A stretch of DNA of 64,000 bases, taken from an uncultured Solirubrobacterales bacterium (lineage in GTDB: Bacteria; Actinomycetota; Thermoleophilia; Solirubrobacterales; Solirubrobacteraceae). The DNA is taken from contig CAWGWP010000001.1 of the NCBI GenBank assembly GCA_963826395.1, positions 441,768 to 505,767 of the forward strand. The letters run 5' to 3'. Of the stretch, positions 39,085 through 52,249 are shown in pieces. A program made the translations under genes and the position numbers. The notes under the pieces were generated by a model. It made no database searches. It was not told the origin of the DNA and saw nothing but the letters and a program-made list of their open reading frames with translations. Numbering within the stretch: position 1 is the stretch's first letter; every line of letters begins with the position of its first letter.

Positions 39085-39858
39085 CTATGCCCGCTCTTCG
39101 GTCAGCTCACGGAGCCGCTGCAGCGAGCGGCGCAGGAGCCGTGAGACCTGCATCTGCGAGACGCCGACCCGGTCGGCGATCTCGGACTGGGTGAGGTCTT
39201 CGCCGAACCTGAGGTAGAGGATCTCACGCTCGCGGCTCGGCAGATGACGGGCGGCCGCGAAGATCGTCGCGTGCTGATCGACCAGCTGGAGCCGCTCGTC
39301 CTCCTCGCCGATCGCGTCGAGTCGGCTCGTCTCCTCGTCTTCCTCGCTTGCGAGCGGTGCATCCAGCGAGACAGCGCCGTATGCCTCGGCGGTCTGGAGG
39401 CCGTCCAGGACCTCTTCCTGGCTCAGCTCCAGGTACTGGGCGAGCTCGTCGACGGTGGGCATCCTGCCGGTGCGCGAGCTGAGCTTCTGCTGGGCGTCCG
39501 AGATCTTGCGCGCCCGCTCCTGTGCGCCGCGGTCCACGTGCAGCGCCCAGGCCGTGTCGCGGAAGTAACGCTTGAGCTCGCCGACGATCGTGGGAACCGC
39601 AAACGAGCTGAACGCGAACCCGCGGTCGGGGTCGAAGCGCTCGACCGCCTTGACCAGCCCCAGGCTCGCGACCTGGACGAGGTCGTCGTAGGGCTCGCTC
39701 GACTGTACGTACCTGCGCGCGAGCTTGCGCGCGAGCGGAAGGAACCGCTCGATCAGTTCATCTCTTGCTTGGCGGTCGTGGTGCCGCCGCCAACGCACGA
39801 ACAGCTCTGATGAGCTGTCGGTCGGCGCAGGTGCGCCGGTATTCAAGGTCGCCGCCAT
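39085..39858 (-). CDS. SigB/SigF/SigG-family sigma factor
   Basis: DDLVQVASLGLVKAVERFDP, FAVPTIVGELKRYFRD, TQSEIA..VGVSQMQVSRLL. Confidence 0.95.
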   Translation of the reverse strand: MAATLNTGAPAPTDSSSELFVRWRRHHDRQARDELIERFLPLARKLARRYVQSSEPYDDLVQVASLGLVKAVERFDPDRGFAFSSFAVPTIVGELKRYFRDTAWALHVDRGAQERARKISDAQQKLSSRTGRMPTVDELAQYLELSQEEVLDGLQTAEAYGAVSLDAPLASEEDEETSRLDAIGEEDERLQLVDQHATIFAAARHLPSREREILYLRFGEDLTQSEIADRVGVSQMQVSRLLRRSLQRLRELTEERA

Positions 39859-40059
39859 CGGGGAGTCCCTCCGGGGTTGCAGACACCCGTCGTTGTATCA
39901 CAGACTGCGTTGGCCGGAAAGCTTTTTAGCTTCATTCGGCGGTGGGATGATCTACCGCATTTCGGTTCATCACGCCGAACTTACCCAGCGGGCGCGGCAT
40001 TCAATCGCGGATCTCCGGGCCGGCTCCGTAGTACGCCCACCGGCTAGGTAGGAGGCCGA

Positions 40060-41121
40060 TCAGTCCCGCTGCAGCGCAGGCGAGTCGCTGTTGTCCGCCA
40101 GCAGGTCGAGCACCGCGCGCTCCAATCGAGCACGGTGGCGGTCCTTGGCCGGATCGAGCCGCCCCAGCCGATCGAGCGCGCCGGCGATCGTCCATCCCGA
40201 GAGGTAGCGGTCGAACACCCGCGGATCGATGTAGGAGCGCCGCGCGACCGCGGGTGTGTTCCCGAGCAGCTCCGCGACCGCGCGCACCGAGCGGTCGATG
40301 GCGCGCTTGCGCGCGGTCTTGGAGTCGGCACCGCGGCCGTCGGTGGCGAGCGAGACGGCCGCCAGCACGGTCGCGTTCCAGGTTCGGAAGTCCTTTGCGC
40401 TGAACTCCTCGCCGAGTCCCGCGCTTGAGGTACTCGTTGATCTCCTCCGAACGCACGTCCGACCACCGCGTGCGCAGCGGTAGGCGAGCAGCTGCTCGCC
40501 GCCGGAGCGCCGGCGCTTGAGGGCGCGTACGACCTCGAGAGCGACCGGGTCGACGATCACCTGCGCCCGGCGGATCCCGCCCTTGGCGGGGTAATCGAAC
40601 ACCGCGCCGTCGTCGCCCAGCGAGACGTGACGTTTCTCGATCGTCGCGAGCCCTAGGCCGCCGTCGTCATCGGCGTACTGCTCGCTTCCGATCCTGAACA
40701 TCCCCACGTCGAGCAGCCGCACCGCGCACGCGAGCACCCGCTCCTTTGACAGGGAGTCGCCCCTGAGATCCGCTGCGAGCCGCCGTCGGAGCTTCGGCAG
40801 GAGCGCCCCGAAGCGCTCCATCCGGCGAAACTTCTGGCGGTCGCGGTGCTCGCGCCAGCGCGGGTGGTAGAGGTACTGCTTGCGGCCGGCCGCGTCGATC
40901 CCGGTGGCCTGTAGATGCCCGAACGAGTCGGGGCAGATCCAGACGTCGCGCCATGCGGGCGGGATCGCGAGCCCCCGCAGCCGCTCGAGCACCTCCCGAT
41001 CGGTCACGCCACGGCCGCGGTCGTCGAGGTAGGCGAAACCCCGCCCCCGGCGCACCCGCCGCAGCCCCGGCTCCGAGCAATCCGAGCGCCTGAGCCGGCG
41101 CGTGCGCTGGGTGCTTGCCAT
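40060..41121 (-). CDS. Bacterial DNA topoisomerase IB (compensating frameshifts ~40420-40475)
   Basis: IPPAW.DVWI, GRKQY.YH, FRIGSEQY, AKDFRTW, LGNTPAVARRSYIDP. Confidence 0.92.
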   Translation of the reverse strand: MASTQRTRRLRRSDCSEPGLRRVRRGRGFAYLDDRGRGVTDREVLERLRGLAIPPAWRDVWICPDSFGHLQATGIDAAGRKQYLYHPRWREHRDRQKFRRMERFGALLPKLRRRLAADLRGDSLSKERVLACAVRLLDVGMFRIGSEQYADDDGGLGLATIEKRHVSLGDDGAVFDYPAKGGIRRAQVIVDPVALEVVRALKRRRSGGEQLLAYRCARGGRTCVRRRSTSTSSAGLGEEFSAKDFRTWNATVLAAVSLATDGRGADSKTARKRAIDRSVRAVAELLGNTPAVARRSYIDPRVFDRYLSGWTIAGALDRLGRLDPAKDRHRARLERAVLDLLADNSDSPALQRD

Positions 41122-41208
41122 CCGTGGACCTCGTATCTGCCTTTCCGTGGAGCTAGAGAGGGCGTCCCCCGGGGCGCTTGCCCCAGGGCACGCCTTGCTC
41201 CAGCGGGT

Positions 41209-41739
41209 TCAGACCAGGTGCTTCACCGCTGCGGCTGCGGCCTTGGCGTCTGCACGCAACTCCTTGGCGCGCGACTCGAGGCTTCGTCCCGCGCTGCGGA
41301 CCTCGTGCTCGAGATCGCGGCGGCGGCGGGTCAGAACCCGCTGCCGGCGGTTCAGCGCTCGCGCGCCACGCCGCTCGAACCGATCGAGCTCCCTGACCAC
41401 GCGGTCAAGGCTCGAGTACGTGCGAGCGGTCTGCTTTACCTTCTCGCCGACGGTCGCGGCTGCGCCGACCTGGATCAGCACGGCGCGCTGCGCCTGACGG
41501 CCGATCGCGCCGATCCGGGTGCCGGCGGAATCGAGCCCGCGCCCGGCTGTGCGGCCGGCCTGCTTGGTGGTGCGGCGGGCCTCGCGAGTGGTCTGCTTCG
41601 CGCCGGCGGTCGCCGCCTTCTGGGTACGCCGCGCCGACGCCTTGGTCGCCGAGGCGCTGCGCTTGGTGGTGTTTCGCTTGCGGGTCGCGGCAGCGCGCTT
41701 GGCGGCTGCCTGACGCCGCGACGGTGTCTGTGTCGCCAT
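41209..41739 (-). CDS. Highly basic Lys/Arg/Ala-rich (histone H1-like) protein
   Basis: AGGAGG RBS; AAKRAAATRKR, ATKASARRT repeats, coiled-coil C-terminus. Confidence 0.75.
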   Translation of the reverse strand: MATQTPSRRQAAAKRAAATRKRNTTKRSASATKASARRTQKAATAGAKQTTREARRTTKQAGRTAGRGLDSAGTRIGAIGRQAQRAVLIQVGAAATVGEKVKQTARTYSSLDRVVRELDRFERRGARALNRRQRVLTRRRRDLEHEVRSAGRSLESRAKELRADAKAAAAAVKHLV

Positions 41740-41782
41740 TGGGTCAGTCCTCCTGAGGTCGTTCGTAGCTCCCCTAATGTGC

Positions 41783-41807
41783 CTACCCAGCGGGAGGAGC
41801 CCGAAAC
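41783..41807 (-). promoter_or_regulatory. SigB/SigF-type promoter GTTT-N15-GGGTAG
   Basis: Consensus match upstream of basic protein gene. Confidence 0.65.
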
Positions 41808-41833
41808 GGTCGGCGAGTCATACTGAGGACCGG

Positions 41834-43169
41834 ATGGAGCGCGGTTCCTACACCTCTCTACTGGCCGAGGAACTGGCTCCGGATCTACTCGAGCGCTTTG
41901 TGCGCTACGTGCGGATCGATACGCAATCGCGGCGCGATCGGACCTCCTCGCCGAGCACGCCCGGGCAGCTCGAGCTCGCGCGGCTGCTGGTCGACGAGCT
42001 CCGCGCGACGGGGCTTGCCGATGCGCGAGGTCGACGACAACGGGTACGTGATGGCGACGCTCCCGGCTTCCGCGGGGGCGCCGGCCGACGGAGTCGCGAT
42101 CGGCCTGATCGCGCACATGGACACGAGCCCCGACGCTCCCGGTGCCGGCGTCGAGCCGCTGGTGCATCGCTCCTACGACGGGGGCGTTGATCGAGCTGCC
42201 GCGCGGCGGGACGGCGCTCGATCCCGCGAGCATGCCCGAGCTTGCCGACAAGGCCGGGCACGACATCGTCACCTGCAAGCGGCGACACGCTGCTCGGCGC
42301 CGACGACAAGGCCGGGGTCGCGGAGGTGATGAGCGCGGTCGCCCACCTCGCCGCCCACCCGGAGCTGCCCCGCCCCGCTCTGCGCGTGGCGTTCACCCCC
42401 GACGAGGAGATCGGCCTGGGCGCCGCGCTGTTCGACCTCGACCGGTTCGCCGCGGCGTGCGCCTACACGCTCGACGGGTCTTCGCTCGGCGAGCTCCAGG
42501 ACGAGAGCTTCAGCGCGCTCGAGGCGATCCTCACGATCCACGGGGTCGATGTGCATCCAGGACAGGCGACCGGCAAGCTCGTCAGCGCGCTGCGGCTGGC
42601 CGCGCGGGTCGTCGCTTCGCTCCCGGAGGATCTGACCCCCGAGCGGACTGCCGGACGGGACGGTTTCATCCACCCGTTCGAGCTGAACGCGACCGCCGCT
42701 CGGGCGCGGATCCGGGCGATCCTGCGCGACTTCGACGAGGACCGTCTCCAGGGCCCACGCCGAGCTGCTCGAGCGCACGGCGAGGGAGGTCGTCGAATCG
42801 GCGCCGCCGGCTCGACTGGAGCTCGACCTTCACCGCCAGTACAGCAACATGCGGCAGTACCTCGAGCGCGTTCCAGAGGTGGTTGCGGCGGCCGAGGAGG
42901 CGATCCGCGCGGAGGGGATCGAGCCGGTGCGCAATCCGATCCGGGGCGGCACCGACGGGTCGCTGCTGAGCGAGATGGGATTGCCGACTCCGAACATCTT
43001 CACGGGTGGTCACGAGTACCACTCGGTGCGCGAATGGGCGTCGCTGCAGGAGATGGCCGCGGCGGCTGCGGTCGCGATTCGCCTCGCGGAGGTGTGGACC
43101 CGCCCGGAGTACGCCGAAGTCGCGCGATCGCGGCTCACGCCACTGCGATCGGGCCTCGCTTCGAGCTAG
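41834..43169 (+). CDS. pepT: Peptidase T (several frameshifts)
   Basis: RFVRYVRIDTQS, AHMDTSP, LGADDKAG, FTPDEEIG, PIRGGTDG, PNIFTG.H..H...EW across frames. Confidence 0.9.
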
Positions 43170-43178
43170 GCTGCGCGC

Positions 43179-43982
43179 GTGCACTCGCCGTTCACCGGCT
43201 CGTTGGCCTCGGTCGACGGAGCGATCACGCTCGCCTCGGCGGCGACGATTCCCGCCACCGACGAGGGACTGCTGCGGGGCGACGGCGTGTTCGAGGTGGT
43301 CCGCGTCTACGACGGCCAGCCGTTCGCGCTCGAGGAGCATCTCCGCCGGCTCGAGCGCTCGGCGTCGAACCTGCGGCTGCCGCTCGACGTCGAGGCCGTG
43401 CGCGCGGACGCCAACCGGCTGCTGGCGCACGCCGGCGCGGGGCCCGAGCACGAGCAGCTGCGGATCGTGATCACGCGCGGCGGCCGCAGGCTGCTGCTGA
43501 CCGAGCCGCTCGCAGCGGGCGCCGAGCACGTCCGGCTGGTCTCGATCACCTACTCCCCGACCCGCGTGCTGGACGGGGTCAAGTCGCTTTCGTACGCGGC
43601 GAACATGCTCTGCTCGCGACTTGCCCGCGAGCGCGGCTACGACGAGGCGCTGCTGGTGACGCCGCACGGGCGCGTGCTGGAGGCGCCGACCAGCTCGTTC
43701 TTCTGGGTCAAGGACGACGAGGTCCTGACCCCACCGCTGGACGAGCACATCCTCGCCTCGATCACGCGCAGGGTCGTGATCGAACAGGCGGGCGCGGTCG
43801 AGCGCTCCTGCACGCTCGAGGAGCTGGGCGCCGCGGATGAGGCGTTCATCGCGTCGACCACACGTGAGGTGCAGGCCGTCTCGGCGATCGACGAACGCAG
43901 GTTCGACGCTCCCGGGCCCGTGACCGCGAGGGTCGCGAGCCGTGGTCGCCGAGGCGATCCGCTCGGAGCTCGCCCCGGCTAG
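43179..43982 (+). CDS. Class IV aminotransferase (IlvE/PabC/Dat-like)
   Basis: GDGVFE, HLRRL, KSLSY, DEAL, ILASITR; possible frameshift at extreme 3' end. Confidence 0.9.
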   Translation: MHSPFTGSLASVDGAITLASAATIPATDEGLLRGDGVFEVVRVYDGQPFALEEHLRRLERSASNLRLPLDVEAVRADANRLLAHAGAGPEHEQLRIVITRGGRRLLLTEPLAAGAEHVRLVSITYSPTRVLDGVKSLSYAANMLCSRLARERGYDEALLVTPHGRVLEAPTSSFFWVKDDEVLTPPLDEHILASITRRVVIEQAGAVERSCTLEELGAADEAFIASTTREVQAVSAIDERRFDAPGPVTARVASRGRRGDPLGARPG

Positions 43983-45056
43983 ATGAACGTCCTCACGGTC
44001 GTCGGCAACCGCCCTCAGTTCATCAAGGCGGCGGCCGTCTCAGGTCCGCTGCGCCGGTCACACCACGAGGTGCTGATCCACACCGGCCAGCACTTCGACG
44101 AGGAGCTGTCCGGGGTCTTCTTCAGCGAGCTCGGGCTTCCGTCGCCGGACTCAGAGCTCGGCATCGCGCGCGGCTCCAACACCTCTCAGACCTCGAGGAT
44201 GCTGGCTGCGCTCGACCCGGTGATCGCGGAGACCGCGCCGGACGTCGTGCTCGTCTACGGCGACACCAACTCGACGCTCGCGGGCGCGCTGTCGGCGGCG
44301 CAGGCGGGCGTCCCGGTGGCGCACGTCGAAGCCGGGATGCGCTCGTTCGACCGCTCGATGCCCGAGGAGCTCAACCGGGTGCTCGCCGATCACGCCAGCG
44401 CGCTGCTGCTGTGCTCCTCCGAGGTCGCGGTCGCCAACCTCCGCCGGGAGGGGGTCGGCGGCGCGATCGAGCTGGTCGGGGACGTGATGGTCGACGTCGC
44501 GATGAGGGTCCAGCCCGAGGCGCGTCGAGCGCCTCGACCTGGTCGAGAGCCGCGGGTCTGACAGCCGGGCGAGTACGTGCTCGCGACCGCCCACCGAGCG
44601 GGCAACGTCGACGATCCGGCGCGGCTCGCGCAGCTCGTCGAGCTGCTGCTGGCGGTCCCATCCAAGGTGCTGCTTCCGCTGCACCCGCGCACCCACGCCC
44701 GGCTGCGAAGCGCGGGGCTGCTGGAGCGGCTGCAGCGCAGCGAGCGGCTGGCGGTGACCCCGCCGCTCGGCTATCTCGAGCTGACCGCGCTGATGTGCAA
44801 CGCCCGGGCCGTGCTGACCGACTCCGGCGGGCTTCAGAAGGAGGCCTACCTGGCGGGCGTTCCGTGCGTCACGCTGAGGCCCAGCACCGAGTGGGTCGAG
44901 ACGGTCGAGACCGGCTGGAACGTGCTGGTCGACCTCGACGCGGGCGCCGCGCTGGAGGCGCTCGAGCGCGAGCGGCCGGAGGCGCGGCCGCAGCTCTACG
45001 GCGATGGCCACGCGTCCGAACGCGTCGTGGCCGCGCTTACACTCCACCTCGGATGA
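43983..45056 (+). CDS. wecB: UDP-GlcNAc 2-epimerase, non-hydrolysing (frameshifts ~44520-44560)
   Basis: GNRPQFIK, HTGQH, YGDTNST, HVEAGMRS, PEELNR, TDSGGLQKEA. Confidence 0.92.
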
Positions 45057-45069
45057 GGTTCCTGCCGCG

Positions 45070-46068
45070 ATGAGCTCGCCGCCGGTTCGGGTCGGCGTGG
45101 CCGGGCTCGGTTACTGGGGGCCCAACCTCGCGCGCAACTTCGCCGCGATCCCCGGGTGCGAGCTGGTCTGGTGCTGCGACAGCTCGGAGGAGGCGCTGGC
45201 GCGGATCGCCGAGCGGTTTCCCGGGGTCGAGGTCACGCGCGAGCTCGACGAGCTGCTCGCCGACCCGCGGCTTGACGCGGTCGCGCTCGCGACTCCGGTC
45301 CCGACGCACGGCGAGCTGGCCGCGCGCGTGCTCGAGGCCGGCAAGCACTGCTTCGTCGAGAAGCCGCTCGCGCAATCGGTCGCCGAGGCCGAGCGCGCCG
45401 TCGCTGCTGCCGCGTGACAGCGGACGCGTGCTGATGGTCGGGCACCTGCTCGAGTACCACCCGGGGGTCCAGAAGCTCAAGCAGCTTTCCGCGACGGGCG
45501 AGCTCGGCGACGATCTACTACATCTACGGCAACCGGCTGAACCTCGGCAAGCTGCGCGCGGACGAGAACGCGCTCTGGAGCCTCGGCGCGCACGACGTCT
45601 CGGTCGTCCTCCACCTCGCCGGGGAGGAGCCGCACGAGGTGATGGCGCGCGGCGAGTCCTACGTACGCGCCGGGCGTCGAGGACGTCGTCTTCTGCTTTC
45701 TGCGGTTCCCGTCCGGGCTCTCCGCGCACCTGCACCTGTCGTGGCTCGACCCGCACAAGGAGCGCCGCTTCACGGTCGTCGGCTCGCGCCGGATGGCGAC
45801 CTTCGACGACATGGCGCTCGAGGGCAAGGTGACGATCTACGACAAGGGCTTCGACGAGGACGCCCGCGGATACGGCGAGTACATCACCCGCAGCGGGGAC
45901 ATCTTCAGCCCGCGGATCCCGAACGTGGAGCCGCTGCGGCTGGAGTGCGAGCACTTCGTCGAGTGCATGCTCAGCGGCCAGCGCCCACGGTCCGACGGCG
46001 AGAGCGGGTTGCGCGTGGTCCGGGTGTTGGAGCAGCTGCAGCGGTCGCTCGAGGACTCGGCGAGGTAG
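45070..46068 (+). CDS. Gfo/Idh/MocA oxidoreductase (frameshifted)
   Basis: GLGYWGPN, ATP..TH, FVEKP, LMVGH, SWLDP.K.R. Confidence 0.88.
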
Positions 46069-46070
46069 CC

Positions 46071-46841
46071 ATGGCCGAGAGCTCTGCCATCGCTCGGACC
46101 GCGTCGGTCGCCGACCGAGCGGAGATCGGCAGCGGCGTCGAGATCGCCCCGGGCGCCGTCGTCCACGAGGGAGCGCGGATCGGCGACGGGTCGCGGATCG
46201 GCGCCGGAACGGTCGTCCACGAGCGGGTCGAGATCGGCCAGGGCTGCGTGGTCGAGGAGCTCGTGGTGCTCGGCAAGCGACCGCGGCTGCGGGCCGGGTC
46301 GAGCGCCTCGCACGCGCGAGCGACCTCGCGCCGCTGGTCCTGGAGGCGCGCGTGACCGTCTGCGCGGGGGCGGTGGTCTATGCGGGCTCGCGGGTGGGCG
46401 AGGGCGCGATCATCGGCGACCAGGTGCAGGTCAGGGAGCGCTCGACGATCGGGCCCGGCAGCGTCGTGGGGCGCGGGTCGGCGGTCGAGTTCGGCAGCCG
46501 CGATCGGCGCGCGCGTGAGGATCCAGACCGGCGTGTACGTGACCGCCGGCTCGGTGGTCGAGGACGACGTGTTCCTCGGCCCCGGCGTGCTGACCACCAA
46601 CGACGACACGATGGGCCGCCACGCGCGCGGCGAGCCGCTGCGCGGGCCGGTTTTCCGGCGCGCCTGCCGCGTCGGCGGCGGCGTCGTGCTCGTTCCCGGG
46701 GTGGAGATCGGGGAGGAGGCGTTCGTCGCGGCGGGCGCGCTCGTGACCCGCGACGTCGGCCCGCGCCAGGTGGTGATGGGCGTTCCCGCGCGCGTGGTCC
46801 GCGAGGTGCCCGACGAGGACCTGCTCGAGCGCTGGCGCTGA
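46071..46841 (+). CDS. Hexapeptide-repeat sugar N-acetyltransferase (frameshifted)
   Basis: LbH repeats, VFLGPGV.TTND, VTRDV...VVMGVPAR. Confidence 0.85.
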
Positions 46842-46899
46842 GCGGCCGTCCGTGAGACGATGAGCCACGAGCCCACGATCGATCCACGAGGAGCAGCCG

Positions 46900-47227
46900 A
46901 TGGAAACCTGGGATGTCCGCACGCTGTCGATCGAGCCCCATCATCCGCAGGTGCTGCGCTCCGACGACGAGACGCGCGCGATCGCGATCAAGCTTCCCGG
47001 CGGGTGAGCAGCTCCAGGAGCACCAGGTGCACGAGCGCGCCTACGTGCTGGTCGTCGACGGCGAGGTCGAGATCGACCAGGACGGCGACACGGTCGCCGG
47101 GAGCTGCGGCCTGGTGGCGCACTTCGCGCCCAACGAGCGGCGCACGATCCGGGCGGTGAGCGACGCGCGGCTGGTGCTGGTGCTCGCGCCGTGGCCCGGC
47201 GTCGGGCACCCGTCGCAGCCGCGGTAG
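46900..47227 (+). CDS. Cupin-domain protein (frameshift ~47000)
   Basis: AGGAG RBS; METWDV..., LQEHQVHE..., ERRTIRA.SDARL. Confidence 0.75.
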
Positions 47228-47266
47228 GAGCCGGGGACTCGGCGCCGGTCTGCCGGCGCTGAACTG

Positions 47267-49414
<2,148 letters not shown>

Positions 49415-49418
<4 letters not shown>

Positions 49419-49621
49419 GCGAGGAGAGGGATACCGAGGAGCTGCGAGCACAACAGCTCGCCCGGGAGCGCAAGGAGCAGGAACGGGCGCGGTCGGCGTC
49501 CGCCGAGGACGAGGCGGCTCAGCACGAGCGGCGCGCCGAGAAGGCGCACTACCTGCGAGGGAAGCTCGACGAGCGGGCGGAGTCTGAGCGCGAAGCGGCC
49601 GAGAACGAGAACGACCGCTAG
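49415..49621 (+). CDS. Small charged hypothetical protein
   Basis: ATGA overlap; HERRAEKAHYLRGKL helix. Confidence 0.65.
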
Positions 49622-49625
49622 TCGC

Positions 49626-50336
49626 TCAGTTCCAGCTGCGCTCCATCCGGCGGTCGTTTCCGCCGACAGGCAGCTCGTCGCACATCTCGGTCAGCCGTGA
49701 CACCGTCCGCTCGGTGATCTGCTCGCACAGCGCCTCGCGGTCGTCGATGTTGGTCGTGATCACGATCGAGCGCTGGTCCTCGTAGCGGCCGTTGACGATC
49801 GAGTAAAGCTCCTCGAGCACCCAGTCGGTCGTCCGCTCCGCGCCGACGTCGTCGATGTGCAGCAGATCGACAGCGATCAACCGGTCGAGCAACGCGAGGT
49901 GCGAGCGCTCGGCGCGGTGGGTGTCACGGATCTCGTTCAGGAGCCGGGGCAGCGAGTAGATCGCGACCGAGCGGCCGGCGGTCAGCGCCGCCTTCGAGAC
50001 GAGCATCGCGAGCGTCGTCTTGCCGGTGCCGACGGGACCCATGAACCACAGCCCCCGGCCGGCATCGAGCTGCTCGTCGAGCCTGTCGACGAACCGCCGC
50101 GTCGCCGCCACGACCTGAGGGTCGATGTCGGTGACCGGGGGCCGGTCGAATGCGACGTCGCGGTAGCGCCGTGGGATCACCGCGGACAGGCTGCGCGCCT
50201 TGCGCAGCGCGATCCGCTGCGGGCGGCAGCGGCAGTCGGACGCGGTGTTCGTCTCGTCGTCGAAGACGAAGCCCGAGCCGTCGCAGATCCCGAACGGGCA
50301 CGGAGCGTCCACGTTGCGGAGCGGGACGACGTTCAC
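49626..50336 (-). CDS. DnaC/DnaI/IstB-like AAA+ ATPase (putative helicase loader)
   Basis: N-terminal CP..ICDG..CRC, GPVGTGKT, LHIDDVG, RY..Q..I.ITTN, SRL.EM; GTGA overlap with dnaB. Confidence 0.88.
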   Translation of the reverse strand: MNVVPLRNVDAPCPFGICDGSGFVFDDETNTASDCRCRPQRIALRKARSLSAVIPRRYRDVAFDRPPVTDIDPQVVAATRRFVDRLDEQLDAGRGLWFMGPVGTGKTTLAMLVSKAALTAGRSVAIYSLPRLLNEIRDTHRAERSHLALLDRLIAVDLLHIDDVGAERTTDWVLEELYSIVNGRYEDQRSIVITTNIDDREALCEQITERTVSRLTEMCDELPVGGNDRRMERSWN

Positions 50337-51690
50337 TGCGCGAACCGATCGCCCGCGTAGTTCATGAACTTCGGATACTCGCGCTGGAACGTCAGCACGA
50401 GCTCGCCGACCGGCCCGTTGCGGTGCTTGGCGACGATGATGTCCGCCTCCCCCGGCCGCTCGGAGTCCTTGTCGTAGTACTCCTCGCGGTAGATGAACAT
50501 CACGAGGTCGGAGTCCTGCTCGATGGCGCCGCTGTCACGTAAATCCGACAGGATCGGCTTCTTGTCGCCGCCGCGCTGCTCAACGGCGCGGCTGAGCTGG
50601 GAGAGCGCGATCACGGGGACGTCCAGCTCACGCGCGAGTCCCTTCAGCCCGCGCGAGATCTGGCTGACCTGCTCGACCCGGCTCTCGACCCGGCCCTCGT
50701 GGCGCATCAGCTGGAGGTAGTCGATGATGATCAGGCCGAGGCCGCCCTCGACCTGGTGATGCAGGCGTCTCGCCTTCGCGCGGACGTCGAGCACGCCGGT
50801 GTCGCTCGAGTCGTCGACCCACAGCGGCGCCTCGGCGAGGCGTCTGGCAGGCGCCCAGGATCGTCTGCCATTTGCTCTCGGCGACGCGCCCGCGGCGCAG
50901 CTCCTCGCCCCTGATCCGCGCCTGCGACGCGACGAACCGCTGGGCGAGCTCGGACTCGGACATCTCAAGCGAGAACAGGGCGACGGGGTGGCCCTTGAGC
51001 GCCGCGTTCTCGGCGATGTTCGCGACCAGCGCCGACTTGCCCATCGACGGGCGCGCCGCGATCACGATCAGGTTGCCCGGCTGAAAGCCGCCGGTCATGT
51101 CGTCGATGTCCTTGAAGCCCGACGGCGTTCCGGTCAGCGAGGTCTTGGCGATCGACAGCCGGTGGAGCTTGTCGGTCTCCTCGTGCAGGATCTCGGCGAC
51201 CGAGCGGAACGTCTTCTGGCGCTCGTCCTGTGCGACCTCGAGGACCGAGCGCTCGGCGCGCTCGAGCAGGTCGCGAGCCGGCGCCTCGCGTGACGGTCAC
51301 GCTGGCCTGGATCTCGTAGGAGGTCGTGAGCAGCGCACGGAGCCGGGCGTTGTCGCGGACGATCCGGCCGTAGTCACGGGCGTGGCCGGCGGCGGGCACC
51401 CAGCCGGTGAGTTCGTCGATCGCCGCCGCGCCGCCGAGCTCCTCGAGCTTGCCGCGCTGGCGGAGCGTCTCGGCGACCGTCAGGTGGTCGATCTTGTGGT
51501 CGCCCTGGTGGAGCTCGATCATCGCCGCGAACACCTCGCCGTGCTGCTCGCGGTAGAAGTGCTCGGGCCGCAGGTGCTCCTCGATCAGCAGCCCGTACAG
51601 GTGCCGCTCGTCCAGCAGCACCGCGCCGAGCACCGACTTCTCGGCCTCGAGGTTGTGCGGCGGAACGGCGATGTTCTGGACGGCGCTCAT
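50333..51690 (-). CDS. dnaB: Replicative DNA helicase (frameshifts ~51290, ~50850)
   Basis: PPHNLEAEKSVLG, AARPSMGKS, FSLEMS, IDYLQLM, ALSQLSR, DLRDSGAIEQD, KHRNGP. Confidence 0.96.
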
Positions 51691-51791
51691 GGCAGTCGCC
51701 CGAAGAATAGGTGCGGATCCGGCGGCGGAGGCGAGGGTTCCCGCAATCACCGAGGAGTTCGGCGCGGGGTTTGGACGCGCGTCGGCGGCCG

Positions 51792-52244
51792 CTAGCCGGC
51801 GGCTACGACCATCGTCTTGACCTTGGCGCTCACGCCGTCGGCGACCTCGACGTCGACCATGTAGGTGCCGGTGTGGCGGATCGGCTCATCGAGGTGGATC
51901 TTGCGCCGGTCGACGCGAAGCCCGCGCGCGTCGCGGATCGCGTCGGCGATGTCCTGCGGGGTGACGGAGCCGTACAGGCGGCCGTCTTCGCCGGCCTGCT
52001 GGGGGATCGTCAGCACGGTGCGGCCGAGCACGTCGGCGCTCTCCTGAGCCCGGGCCTCGGCGTCGCGCTTGGCCTGCTCAGCCGCTTCCTGCCGGCGCTG
52101 CGCGGCCTGGATCGAGCCCGCGGTCGCAGGCTCCGCGAGCTTGCGCGGGACCAGGTAGTTGCGCAGGTACCCGGGAGAAACGTCGACGACGGTGCCGCGC
52201 TCTCCGAGCGACTCCACGTCCTGGAGCAGGATCGCCTGCGGCAC
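51792..52244 (-). CDS. rplI: 50S ribosomal protein L9
   Basis: ILLQDV..LG..G.VVDV..GY.RNYL.P; G.LYGSVT. Confidence 0.96.
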   Translation of the reverse strand: MPQAILLQDVESLGERGTVVDVSPGYLRNYLVPRKLAEPATAGSIQAAQRRQEAAEQAKRDAEARAQESADVLGRTVLTIPQQAGEDGRLYGSVTPQDIADAIRDARGLRVDRRKIHLDEPIRHTGTYMVDVEVADGVSAKVKTMVVAAG

Positions 52245-52249
52245 GGCCG

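Noticed and set aside
49626-50336. IS21 istB transposition helper
   Set aside because: No istA or terminal repeats; coupled to dnaB
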